From the human T2T-CHM13v2.0 reference genome, Homo sapiens: a stretch of DNA of 64,000 nt. Under the pieces are notes generated by a model, which made no database searches, was not told the DNA's origin, and was given only the letters and a program-made list of their open reading frames with translations. Positions 14,001 through 27,940 of the stretch are shown here, in pieces. Made by a program: the position numbers and the translations under genes. The stretch is from assembly GCF_009914755.1 (NCBI RefSeq), contig NC_060935.1; one strand, written 5' to 3'. Position 1 is the first letter of the stretch; each line of letters opens with the position of its first letter.

Positions 14001-17000
14001 GAAGCATTGTGAGAAACTTCTTTGTGATGTTTGCATTCAACTCACAGAGTTGAACCTTGCTTTCATAGTTCAGCTTTCAAACACTCTTTTTGTAGAATCT
14101 GCAAGTGGATATTTGGACCACTTTGTGACCTTCCTTCGAAACGGGTATATCTTCACATCAAACCTAGACAGAAGCATTCTCAGAATGTTTCCTGTGATGA
14201 CTGCATTCAACTCACAGAGGTCAACAATCCTGCTGATGGAGCAGTTTTGAAACTCTCTTTCTTTGGATTCTGCAAGTGGATATGTGGACCTCTGTGAAGA
14301 TTTCGTTGGAAACGGGTTCATCTTCACAGAAAAACTAAACAGGAGCATTCTCAGAAACTGCTTTGTGATGTTTGTGTTCCACTTTAAGAATTGAACTTTC
14401 CTCTTGACAGAGCAGCTCTGAAACCCTCTTTTTCTAGAATCTGCAAGTGGACATTTGGAGGGCTTTGAGGCCTGTGGTGGAAAAGGAAAATCTTCACATA
14501 AAAACTAGATGGAAGCATTCTCAGAAACTACTTTGTGATGATTGCATTCGACGCACAGAGTTGAACATTCCTATAGATAGAGCAGGTTGTAAACAATCTT
14601 TTTGTAGAATCTGCGATTGGAGATTTGGACTGCTTTGAGGCCTACTGTAGTAAAGGAAATAACTTCATCTAAAAACCAAACGGAAGCATTCACAGAAAAT
14701 TCTCAGTGATCATTGGATTGAACTAACAGAGCTGAACATTCCTTTAGATGGAGCAGTTTCCAAACAAACTTTCTGTAGAATCTGCAAGTGGATATTTGGA
14801 CTTCTCTGAGAATTTCGTTGGAAAAGGGATAAACTTCCCAAAACTACACGGAAGCATTGTGAGAAACTTCTTTGTGATGTTTGCATTCAACTCACAGAGT
14901 TGAACCTTGCTTTCATAGTTCAGCTTTCAAACACTCTTTTTGTAGAATCTGCAAGTGGATATTTGGACCACTTTGTGGCCTTCCTTCGAAACGGGTATAT
15001 CTTCACATCAAACCTAGACAGAAGCATTCTCAGAATGTTTCCTGTGATGACTGCATTCAACTCACAGAGGTGAACAATCCTGCTGATGGAGCAGTTTTGA
15101 AACTCTCTTTCTTTGGATTCTGCATGTGGATATGTTGACCTCTGTGAAGATTTCGTTGGAAACGGGTTCATCTTCACAGAAAAACTAAACAGGAGCATTC
15201 TCAGAAACTGCTTTGTGATGTTTGTGTTCCACTTCAAGAATTGAACTTTCCTCTTGACAGAGCAGCTCTGAAACCCTCTTTTTCTAGAATCTGCAAGTGG
15301 ACATTTGGAAGGATTTGAGGCCTGTGGTGGAAAAGGAAAATCTTCACATAAAAACTAGATGGAAGCATTCTCAGAAACTACTTTGTGATGATTGCATTCG
15401 ACGCACAGAGTTGAACATTCCTATAGAGAGAGCAGGTTGTAAACAATCTTTTTGTAGAATCTGCGATTGGAGATTTGGACTGCTTTGAGGCTTACTGTAG
15501 TAAAGGAAATAACTTCATCTAAAAACCAAACGGAAGCATTCACAGACAATTCTTAGTGATCATTGGATTGAGCTAACAGAGCTGAACATTCCTTTAGATG
15601 GAGCAGTTTCCAAACCCACTTTCTGTAGAATCTGCAAGTGGATATTTGTACTTCTCTGAGGATTTCGTTGGAAACGGGATAAACTTCCCAGAACTACACG
15701 GAAGCATTGTGAGAAACTTCTTTGGATGTTTGCATTCAACTCACAGAGTTGAACCTTGCTTTCATAGTTCAGCTTTCAAACACTCTTTTTGTAGAATCTG
15801 CAAGTGGATATTTGGACCACTTTGTGGCCTTCCTTCGAAACGGGTATATCTTCCCATCAAACCTAGACAGAAGCATTCTCAGAATGTTTCCTGTGATGAC
15901 TGCAGTCAACTCACAGAGGTGAACAATCCTGTTGATGGAGCACTTTTGAAACTCTCTTTCTTTGGATTCTGCAAGTTGATATGTGGACCTCTGTGAAGAT
16001 TTCGTTGGAAACGGGTTCATCTTCACAGAAAAACTAAACAGAAGCATTCTCAGAAACTACTTTGTGATGTTTGTGTTCCACTTCAAGAATTGAACTTTCG
16101 TCTTGACAGAGCAGCTCTGAAACCCTCTTTTTCTAGAATCTGCAAGTGGACATTTGGAGGGCTTTGAGGCCTGTGGTGGAAAAGGAAAATCTTCACATAA
16201 AAACTAGATGGAAGCATTCTCAGAAACTACTTTGTGATGATTGCATTCGTCTCACAGAGTTGAACATTCCTATAGATAGAGCAGGTTGTAAACAATCTTT
16301 TTGTAGAATCTGCGATTGGAGATTTGGACTGCTTGGAGGCCTACTGTAGTAAAGTAAATAACTTCATCTAAAAACCAAACGGAAGCATTCACAGACAATT
16401 CTTAGTGATCATTGCATTGAACTAACAGAGCTGAACATTCCTTTAGATGGCGCAGTTTCCGAACACACTTTCTGTAGAATCTGCAAGTGGATATTTGGAC
16501 CTCTCTGAGGATTTCGTTAGAAAAGGGATAAACTTCCCAGAACTACACGGAAGCATGCTGAGAAACTTCTTTGTGATGTTTGCATTCAACTCACAGAGTT
16601 GAACCTTGCTTTCATAGTTCAGCTTTCAAACACTCTTTTTGTAGAATCTGCAAGTGGATATTTGGACCACTTTGTGGCCTTCCTTCGAAACGGGTATATC
16701 TTCACATCAAACCTAGACAGAAGCATTCTCAGAATGTTTCCTGTGATGACTGCATTCAACTCACAGAGGTGAACAATCCTGCTGATGGAGCACATTTGAA
16801 ACTCTCTTTCTTTGGATTCTGCAAGTGGATATGTGGACCTCTGTGAAGATTTCGTTGGAAACGGGTTCATCTTCACAGAAAAACTAAACAGAAGCATTCT
16901 CAGAAACTGCTTTGTGATGTTTGTGTTCCACTTCAGGAATTGAACTTTCCTCTTGACAGAGCAGCTCTGAAACCCTCTTATTCTAGAATCTGCAAGTGGA

Positions 17001-20000
17001 CATTTGGAGGGCTTTGAGGCCTGTGGTGGAAAAGGAAAATCTTCACATAAAAACTAGATGGAAGCATTCTCAGAAACTACTTTGTGATGATTGCATTCGA
17101 CTCACAGAGTTGAACATTCCTATAGATAGAGCAGGTTGTAAACAATCTTTTTGTAGAAAATGCGATTGGAGATTTGGACTGCTTTGAGGCCTACTGTAGT
17201 AAAGGAAATAACTTCATCTAAAAACCAAACGGAAGCATTCACAGACAATTCTTAGTGATCATTGGATTGAACTAACAGAGCTGAACATTCCTTTAGATGG
17301 AGCAGTTTCCAAACCCACTTTCTGTAGAATCTGCAAGTGGATATTTGGACTTCTCTGAGGATTTCGTGGGAAACGGGATAAACTTCCCAGAACTACACGG
17401 AAGCATTGTGAGAAACTTCTTTGTGATGTTTGCATTCAACTCACAGAGTTGAACCTTGCTTTCATAGTTCAGCTTTCAAACACTCTTTTTGTAGAATCTG
17501 CAAGTGGATATTTGGACCACTTTGTGGCCTTCCTTCGAAACGGGTATATCTTCACATCAAACCTAGACAGAAGCATTCTCAGAATGTTTCCTGTGATGAC
17601 TGCATTCAACTCACAGAGGTGAACAATCCTGCTGATGGAGCAGTTTTGAAACTCTCTTTCTTTGGATTCTGCAAGTGGATATGTGGACCTCTGTGAAGAT
17701 TTCGTTGGAAACGGGTTCATCTTCACAGAAAAACTAAACAGGAGCATTCTCAGAAACTGCTTTGTGATGTTTGTGTTCCACTTCAAGAATTGAACTTTCC
17801 TCTTGACAGAGCAGCTCTGAAACCCTCTTTTTCTAGAATCTGCAAGTGGACATTTGGAGGGCTTTGAGGCCTGTGGTGGAAAAGGAAAATCTTCACATAA
17901 AAACTTTATGGAAGCATTCTCAGAAACTTCTTTGTGATGATTGCATTCGACTCACAGAGTTGAACATTCCTATAGATAGAGCAGGTTGTAAACAATCTTT
18001 TTGTAGAATCTGCGATTGGAGATTTGGACTGCTTTGAGGCCTACTGTAGTAAAGGAAATTACTTCATCTAAAAACGAAACGGAAGCATTCACAGACAATT
18101 CTTAGTGATCATTGGATTGAACTAACAGAGCTGAACACTCCTTTAGATGGAGCAGTTTCCAAACCCACTTTCTGTAGAATCTGCAAGTGGATATTTGGAC
18201 CTCTGTGAGGATTTCGTTGGAAACGGGATAAACTTCCCAGAACTACACGGAAGCATTGTGAGAAACTTCTTTGTGATGTTTGCATTCAACTCACAGAGTT
18301 GAACCTTGTTTTCATAGTTCAGCTTTCAAACACTCTTTTTGTAGAATCTGCAAGTGGATATTTGGACCACTTTGTGGCCTTCCTTCGAAACGGGTATATC
18401 TTCACATCAAACCTAGACAGAAACATTCTCAGAATGTTTCCTGTGATGACTGCATTCAACTCACAGAGGTGAACACTCCTGTTGATGGAGCACTTTTGAA
18501 ACTCTCTTTCTTTGGATTCTGCAAGTTGATATGTGGACCTCTGTGAAGATTTCGTTGGAAACGGGTTCATCTTCACAGAAAAATTAAACAGAAGCATTCT
18601 CAGAAACTACTTTGTGATGTTTGTGTTCCACTTCAAGAATTGAACTTTCCTCTTGACAGAGCAGCTCTGAAACCCTCTTTTTCTAGAATCTGCAAGTGGA
18701 CATTTGGAGGGCTTTGAGGCCTGTGGTGGAAAAGGAAAATCTTCACATGAAAACTAGATGGAAGCATTCTCAGAAACTACTTTGTGATGATTGCATTCGA
18801 CTCACAGAGTTGAACATTCCTATAGATAGAGCAGGTTGTAAACAATCTTTTTGTAGAATCTGCGATTGGAGATTTGGATTGCTTTGAGGCCTACTGTAGT
18901 AAAGGAAATAACTTCATCTAAAAACCAAACGGAAGCATTCACAGAAAATTCTTAGTGATCATTGCATTGAACTAACAGAGGTGAACATTCCTTTAGATGG
19001 CGCAGTTTCCAAACACACTTTCTGTAGAATCTGCAAGTGGATATTTGGACCTCTCTGAGGATTTCGTTGGAAACGGGATAAACTTCCCAGAACTACACGG
19101 AAGCATTGTGAGAAACTTCTTTGTGATGTTTGCATTCAACTCACAGAGTTGAACCTTGCTTTCATAGTTCAGCTTTCAAACACTCTTTTTGTAGAATCTG
19201 CAAGTGGATATTTGGACCACTTTGTGACCTTCCTTCGAAACGGGTATATCTTCACATCAAACCTAGACAGAAGCATTCTCAGAATGTTTCCTGTGATGAC
19301 TGCATTCAACTCACAGAGGTCAACAATCCTGCTGATGGAGCAGTTTTGAAACTCTCTTTCTTTGGATTCTGCAAGTGGATATGTGGACCTCTGTGAAGAT
19401 TTCGTTGGAAACGGGTTCATCTTCACAGAAAAACTAAACAGGAGCATTCTCAGAAACTGCTTTGTGATGTTTGTGTTCCACTTTAAGAATTGAACTTTCC
19501 TCTTGACAGAGCAGCTCTGAAACCCTCTTTTTCTAGAATCTGCAAGTGGACATTTGGAGGGCTTTGAGGCCTGTGGTGGAAAAGGAAAATCTTCACATAA
19601 AAACTAGATGGAAGCATTCTCAGAAACTACTTTGTGATGATTGCATTCGACGCACAGAGTTGAACATTCCTATAGATAGAGCAGGTTGTAAACAATCTTT
19701 TTGTAGAATCTGCGATTGGAGATTTGGACTGCTTTGAGGCCTACTGTAGTAAAGGAAATAACTTCATCTAAAAACCAAACGGAAGCATTCACAGAAAATT
19801 CTCAGTGATCATTGGATTGAACTAACAGAGCTGAACATTCCTTTAGATGGAGCAGTTTCCAAACAAACTTTCTGTAGAATCTGCAAGTGGATATTTGGAC
19901 TTCTCTGAGAATTTCGTTGGAAAAGGGATAAACTTCCCAAAACTACACGGAAGCATTGTGAGAAACTTCTTTGTGATGTTTGCATTCAACTCACAGAGTT

Positions 20001-21344
20001 GAACCTTGCTTTCATAGTTCAGCTTTCAAACACTCTTTTTGTAGAATCTGCAAGTGGATATTTGGACCACTTTGTGGCCTTCCTTCGAAACGGGTATATC
20101 TTCACATCAAACCTAGACAGAAGCATTCTCAGAATGTTTCCTGTGATGACTGCATTCAACTCACAGAGGTGAACAATCCTGCTGATGGAGCAGTTTTGAA
20201 ACTCTCTTTCTTTGGATTCTGCATGTGGATATGTTGACCTCTGTGAAGATTTCGTTGGAAACGGGTTCATCTTCACAGAAAAACTAAACAGGAGCATTCT
20301 CAGAAACTGCTTTGTGATGTTTGTGTTCCACTTCAAGAATTGAACTTTCCTCTTGACAGAGCAGCTCTGAAACCCTCTTTTTCTAGAATCTGCAAGTGGA
20401 CATTTGGAAGGATTTGAGGCCTGTGGTGGAAAAGGAAAATCTTCACATAAAAACTAGATGGAAGCATTCTCAGAAACTACTTTGTGATGATTGCATTCGA
20501 CGCACAGAGTTGAACATTCCTATAGAGAGAGCAGGTTGTAAACAATCTTTTTGTAGAATCTGCGATTGGAGATTTGGACTGCTTTGAGGCTTACTGTAGT
20601 AAAGGAAATAACTTCATCTAAAAACCAAACGGAAGCATTCACAGACAATTCTTAGTGATCATTGGATTGAGCTAACAGAGCTGAACATTCCTTTAGATGG
20701 AGCAGTTTCCAAACCCACTTTCTGTAGAATCTGCAAGTGGATATTTGTACTTCTCTGAGGATTTCGTTGGAAACGGGATAAACTTCCCAGAACTACACGG
20801 AAGCATTGTGAGAAACTTCTTTGGATGTTTGCATTCAACTCACAGAGTTGAACCTTGCTTTCATAGTTCAGCTTTCAAACACTCTTTTTGTAGAATCTGC
20901 AAGTGGATATTTGGACCACTTTGTGGCCTTCCTTCGAAACGGGTATATCTTCCCATCAAACCTAGACAGAAGCATTCTCAGAATGTTTCCTGTGATGACT
21001 GCAGTCAACTCACAGAGGTGAACAATCCTGTTGATGGAGCACTTTTGAAACTCTCTTTCTTTGGATTCTGCAAGTTGATATGTGGACCTCTGTGAAGATT
21101 TCGTTGGAAACGGGTTCATCTTCACAGAAAAACTAAACAGAAGCATTCTCAGAAACTACTTTGTGATGTTTGTGTTCCACTTCAAGAATTGAACTTTCGT
21201 CTTGACAGAGCAGCTCTGAAACCCTCTTTTTCTAGAATCTGCAAGTGGACATTTGGAGGGCTTTGAGGCCTGTGGTGGAAAAGGAAAATCTTCACATAAA
21301 AACTAGATGGAAGCATTCTCAGAAACTACTTTGTGATGATTGCA
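11002..21344 (+). repeat. Tandem duplication of a 6-HOR block (period 5099 bp)
   Basis: Rare variants recur at +5099, for example TTCGTCTC (11151/16250), GCACATTTG, AAAACTTTATG, CACATGAAAA, GGTCAAC and the 1-bp deletion (15724/20823). Flanking mismatches are at 11001/16100 and 16246/21345. Confidence 0.93.
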
Positions 21345-24300
21345 CTCGACTCACAGAGTTGAACATTCCTATAGATAGAGCAGGTTGTAAACAATCTTTT
21401 TGTAGAATCTGCGATTGGAGATTTGGACTGCTTTGAGGCCTACTGTAGTAAAGGAAATAACTTCATCTAAAAACCAAACGGAAGCATTCACAGACAATTC
21501 TTAGTGATCATTGCATTGAACTAACAGAGCTGAACATTCCTTTAGATGGCGCAGTTTCCAAACACACTTTCTGTAGAATCTGCAAGTGGATATTTGGACC
21601 TCTCTGAGGATTTCGTTGGAAACGGGATAAACTTCCCAGAACTACACGGAAGCATGCTGAGAAACTTCTTTGTGATGTTTGCATTCAACTCACAGAGTTG
21701 AACCTTGCTTTCATAGTTCAGCTTTCAAACACTCTTTTTGTAGAATCTGCAAGTGGATATTTGGACCACTTTGTGGCCTTCCTTCGAAACGGGTATATCT
21801 TCACATCAAACCTAGACAGAAGCATTCTCAGAATGTTTCCTGTGATGACTGCATTCAACTCACAGAGGTGAACAATCCTGCTGATGGAGCAATTTTGAAA
21901 CTCTCTTTCTTTGGATTCTGCAAGTGGATATGTGTACCTCTGTGAAGATTTCGTTGGAAACGGGTTCATCTTCACAGAAAAACTAAACAGAAGCATTCTC
22001 AGAAACTGCTTTGTGATGTTTGTGTTCCACTTCAGGAATTGAACTTTCCTCTTGACAGAGCAGCTCTGAAACCCTCTTATTCTAGAATCTGCAAGTGGAC
22101 ATTTGGAGGGGTTTGAGGCCTGTGGTGGAAAAGGAAAATCTTCACATAAAAACTAGATGGAAGCATTCTCAGAAACTACTTTGTGATGATTGCATTCGAC
22201 TCACAGAGTTGAACATTCCTATAGATAGAGCAGGTTGTAAACAATCTTTTTGTAGAATCTGCGATTGGAGATTTGGACTGCTTTGAGGCTTACTGTAGTA
22301 AAGGAAATAACTTCATCTAAAAACCAAACGGAAGCATTCACAGACAATTCTTAGTGATCATTGGATTGAACTAACAGAGCTGAACATTCCTTTAGATGGA
22401 GCAGTTTCCAAACCCACTTTCTGTAGAATCTGCAAGTGGATATTTGGACTTCTCTGAGGATTTCGTTGGAAACGGGATAAACTTCCCAGAACTACACGGA
22501 AGCATTGTGAGAAACTTCTTTGTGATGTTTGCATTCAACTCACAGAGTTGAACCTTGCTTTCATAGTTCAGCTTTCAAACACTCTTTTTGTAGAATCTGC
22601 AAGTGGATATTTGGACCACTTTGTGGCCTTCCTTCGAAACGGGTATATCTTCACATCAAACCTAGACAGAAGCATTCTCAGAATGTTTCCTGTGATGACT
22701 GCATTCAACTCACAGAGGTGAACAATCCTGCTGATGGAGCAGTTTTGAAACTCTCTTTCTTTGGATTCTACAAGTGGATATGTGGACCTCTGTGAAGATT
22801 TCGTTGGAAACGGGTTCATCTTCACAGAAAAACTAAACAGAAGCATTCTCAGAAACTGCTTTGTGATGTTTGTGTTCCACTTCAGGAATTGAACTTTCCT
22901 CTTGACAGAGCAGCTCTGAAACCCTCTTATTCTAGAATCTGCAAGTGGACATTTGGAGGGCTTTGAGGCCTGTGGTGGAAAAGGAAAATATTCACATGAA
23001 AACTAGATGGAAGCATTCTCAGAAACTACTTTGTGATGATGGCTTTCGACTCACAGAGTTGAACATTCCTATAGATAGAGCAGGTTGTAAACAATCTTTT
23101 TGTAGAATCTGCGATTGGAGATTTGGACTGCTTTGAGGCCTATTGTAGTAAAGGAAATAACTTCATCTAAAAACCAAACGGAAGCATTCACAGACAATAC
23201 TTAGTGATCATTGGATTGAACTAACAGAGCTGAACATTCCTTTAGATGGAGCAGTTTCCAAACACACTTTCTGTAGAATCTGCAAGTGGATATTTGGACT
23301 TCTCTGAGGATTTCGTTGGAAACGGGATAAAATTCCCAGAACTACACGGAAGCATTCTGAGAAACTTCTTTGTAATGTTTGCATTCAACTCACAGAGTTG
23401 AACCTTGCTTTCATAGTTCAGCTTTCAAACACTCTTTTTGTACAATCTGCAAGTGGATATTTGGACCACTTTGTGGCCTTCCTTCGAAACGGGTATATCT
23501 TCATATCAAACCTAGACAGAAGCATTCTCAGAATGTTTCCTGTGATGACTGCATTCAACTCACAGAGGTGAACAATCCTGCTGATGGAGCAGTTTTGAAA
23601 CTCTCTTTCTTTGGATTCTGCAAGTGGATATGTGGACCTCTGTGAAGATTTCGTTGGAAACGGGTTCATCTTCACAGAAAAACTAAACAGGAGCATTCTC
23701 AGAAAGTGCTTTGTGATGTTTGTGTTCCACTTCAGGAATTGAACTTTCCTCTTGACAGAGCAGCTCTGAAACCCTCTTTTTCTAGAATCTGCAAGTGGAC
23801 ATTTGGAGGCCTTTGAGGCCTGTGGTGGAAAAGGAAAATCTTCACATAAAAACTAGATGGAAGCATTCTCAGAAACTACTTTGTGATGATTGCACTCGAC
23901 TCACAGAGTTGAACATTCCTATAGATAGAGCAGGTTGTAAACAATCTTTTTGTAGAATCTGCGATTGGAGATTTGGACTGCTTTGAGGCCTACTGTAGTA
24001 AAGGAAATAACTTCATCTAAAAACCAAACGGAAGCATTCACAGACAATTCTTAGTGATCATTGCATTGAACTAACAGAGCTGAACATTCCTTTAGATGGC
24101 GCAGTTTCCAAACACACTTTCTGTAGAATCTGCAAGTGGATATTTGGACCTCTCTGAGGATTTCGTTGGAAACGGGATAAACTTCCCAGAACTACACGGA
24201 AGCATGCTGAGAAACTTCTTTGTGATGTTTGCATTCAACTCACAGAGTTGAACCTTGCTTTCATAGTTCAGCTTTCAAACACTCTTTTTGTAGAATCTGC

Positions 24301-27300
24301 AAGTGGATATTTGGACCACTTTGTGGCCTTCCTTCGAAACGGGTATATCTTCACATCAAACCTAGACAGAAGCATTCTCAGAATGTTTCCTGTGATGACT
24401 GCATTCAACTCACAGAGGTGAACAATCCTGCTGATGGAGCAGTTTTGAAACTCTCTTTCTTTGGATTCTGCATGTGGATATGTTGACCTCTGTGAAGATT
24501 TCGTTGGAAACGGGTTCATCTTCACAGAAAAACTAAACAGGAGCATTCTCAGAAACTGCTTTGTGATGTTTGTGTTCCACTTCAAGAATTGAACTTTCCT
24601 CTTGACAGAGCAGCTCTGAAACCCTCTTTTTCTAGAATCTGCAAGTGGACATTTGGAAGGATTTGAGGCCTGTGGTGGAAAAGGAAAATCTTCACATAAA
24701 AACTAGATGGAAGCATTCTCAGAAACTACTTTGTGATGATTGCATTCGACGCACAGAGTTGAACATTCCTATAGAGAGAGCAGGTTGTAAACAATCTTTT
24801 TGTAGAATCTGCGATTGGAGATTTGGACTGCTTTGAGGCTTACTGTAGTAAAGGAAATAACTTCATCTAAAAACCAAACGGAAGCATTCACAGACAATTC
24901 TTAGTGATCATTGGATTGAGCTAACAGAGCTGAACATTCCTTTAGATGGAGCAGTTTCCAAACCCACTTTCTGTAGAATCTGCAAGTGGATATTTGGACT
25001 TCTCTGAGAATTTCGTTGGAAAAGGGATAAACTTCCCAGAACTACACGGAAGCATTGTGAGAAACTTCTTTGTGATGTTTGCATTCAACTCACAGAGTTG
25101 AACCTTGCTTTCATAGTTCAGCTTTCAAACACTCTTTTTGTAGAATCTGCAAGTGGATATTTGGACCACTTTGTGGCCTTCCTTCGAAACGGGTATATCT
25201 TCCCATCAAACCTAGACAGAAGCATTCTCAGAATGTTTCCTGTGATGACTGCAGTCAACTCACAGAGGTGAACAATCCTGTTGATGGAGCACTTTTGAAA
25301 CTCTCTTTCTTTGGATTCTGCAAGTTGATATGTGGACCTCTGTGAAGATTTCGTTGGAAACGGGTTCATCTTCACAGAAAAACTAAACAGAAGCATTCTC
25401 AGAAACTACTTTGTGATGTTTGTGTTCCACTTCAAGAATTGAACTTTCGTCTTGACAGAGCAGCTCTGAAACCCTCTTTTTCTAGAATCTGCAAGTGGAC
25501 ATTTGGAGGGCTTTGAGGCCTGTGGTGGAAAAGGAAAATCTTCACATAAAAACTAGATGGAAGCATTCTCAGAAACTACTTTGTGATGATTGCACTCGAC
25601 TCACAGAGTTGAACATTCCTATAGATAGAGCAGGTTGTAAACAATCTTTTTGTAGAATCTGCGATTGGAGATTTGGACTGCTTTGAGGCCTACTGTAGTA
25701 AAGGAAATAACTTCATCTAAAAACCAAACGGAAGCATTCACAGACAATTCTTAGTGATCACTGCATTGAACTAACAGAGCTGAACATTCCTTTAGATGGC
25801 GCAGTTTCCAAACACACTTTCTGTAGAATCTGCAAGTGGATATTTGGACCTCTCTGAGGATTTCGTTGGAAACGGGATAAACTTCCCAGAACTACACGGA
25901 AGCATGCTGAGAAACTTCTTTGTGATGTTTGCATTCAACTCACAGAGTTGAACCTTGCTTTCATAGTTCAGCTTTCAAACACTCTTTTTGTAGAATCTGC
26001 AAGTGGATATTTGGACCACTTTGTGGCCTTCCTTCGAAACGGGTATATCTTCACATCAAACCTAGACAGAAGCATTCTCAGAATGTTTCCTGTGATGACT
26101 GCATTCAACTCACAGAGGTGAACAATCCTGCTGATGGAGCAATTTTGAAACTCTCTTTCTTTGGATTCTGCAAGTGGATATGTGGACCTCTGTGAAGATT
26201 TCGTTGGAAACGGGTTCATCTTCACAGAAAAACTAAACAGAAGCATTCTCAGAAACTGCTTTGTGATGTTTGTGTTCCACTTCAGGAATTGAACTTTCCT
26301 CTTGACAGAGCAGCTCTGAAACCCTCTTATTCTAGAATCTGCAAGTGGACATTTGGAGGGGTTTGAGGCCTGTGGTGGAAAAGGAAAATCTTCACATAAA
26401 AACTAGATGGAAGCATTCTCAGAAACTACTTTGTGATGATTGCATTCGACTCACAGAGTTGAACATTCCTATAGATAGAGCAGGTTGTAAACAATCTTTT
26501 TGTAGAATCTGCGATTGGAGATTTGGACTGCTTTGAGGCTTACTGTAGTAAAGGAAATAACTTCATCTAAAAACCAAACGGAAGCATTCACAGACAATTC
26601 TTAGTGATCATTGGATTGAACTAACAGAGCTGAACATTCCTTTAGATGGAGCAGTTTCCAAACCCACTTTCTGTAGAATCTGCAAGTGGATATTTGGACT
26701 TCTCTGAGGATTTCGTTGGAAACGGGATAAACTTCCCAGAACTACACGGAAGCATTGTGAGAAACTTCTTTGTGATGTTTGCATTCAACTCACAGAGTTG
26801 AACCTTGCTTTCATAGTTCAGCTTTCAAACACTCTTTTTGTAGAATCTGCAAGTGGATATTTGGACCACTTTGTGGCCTTCCTTCGAAACGGGTATATCT
26901 TCACATCAAACCTAGACAGAAGCATTCTCAGAATGTTTCCTGTGATGACTGCATTCAACTCACAGAGGTGAACAATCCTGCTGATGGAGCAGTTTTGAAA
27001 CTCTCTTTCTTTGGATTCTACAAGTGGATATGTGGACCTCTGTGAAGATTTCGTTGGAAACGGGTTCATCTTCACAGAAAAACTAAACAGAAGCATTCTC
27101 AGAAACTGCTTTGTGATGTTTGTGTTCCACTTCAGGAATTGAACTTTCCTCTTGACAGAGCAGCTCTGAAACCCTCTTATTCTAGAATCTGCAAGTGGAC
27201 ATTTGGAGGGCTTTGAGGCCTGTGGTGGAAAAGGAAAATCTTCACATAAAAACTAGATGGAAGCATTCTCAGAAACTACTTTGTGATGATGGCTTTCGAC

Positions 27301-27940
27301 TCACAGAGTTGAACATTCCTATAGATAGAGCAGGTTGTAAACAATCTTTTTGTAGAATCTGCGATTGGAGATTTGGACTGCTTTGAGGCCTATTGTAGTA
27401 AAGGAAATAACTTCATCTAAAAACCAAACGGAAGCATTCACAGACAATACTTAGTGATCATTGGATTGAACTAACAGAGCTGAACATTCCTTTAGATGGA
27501 GCAGTTTCCAAACACACTTTCTGTAGAATCTGCAAGTGGATATTTGGACTTCTCTGAGGATTTCGTTGGAAACGGGATAAAATTCCCAGAACTACACGGA
27601 AGCATTCTGAGAAACTTCTTTGTAATGTTTGCATTCAACTCACAGAGTTGAACCTTGCTTTCATAGTTCAGCTTTCAAACACTCTTTTTGTACAATCTGC
27701 AAGTGGATATTTGGACCACTTTGTGGCCTTCCTTCGAAACGGGTATATCTTCATATCAAACCTAGACAGAAGCATTCTCAGAATGTTTCCTGTGATGACT
27801 GCATTCAACTCACAGAGGTGAACAATCCTGCTGATGGAGCAGTTTTGAAACTCTCTTTCTTTGGATTCTGCAAGTGGATATGTGGACCTCTGTGAAGATT
27901 TCGTTGGAAACGGGTTCATCTTCACAGAAAAACTAAACAG
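20225..27940 (+). repeat. Imperfect block repeat at a 5-HOR offset (4249/4250 bp): about 20225-23690 vs 24474-27940
   Basis: The same ordered markers appear in both blocks: TGCATGTGG, GAAGGATT, TCCCATC, GCAGTCAA, TGCACTCG, GGGGTTTG, TTCTACAA, GGCTTTCG, GTACAATC. A few differences separate them. Confidence 0.85.

Noticed and set aside
15598-15996. Longer 132-aa ORF, also at 20697-21095
   Set aside because: It is created by the 1-bp deletion fusing two satellite reading frames and duplicated with the 5099-bp block. There is no evidence of coding function.
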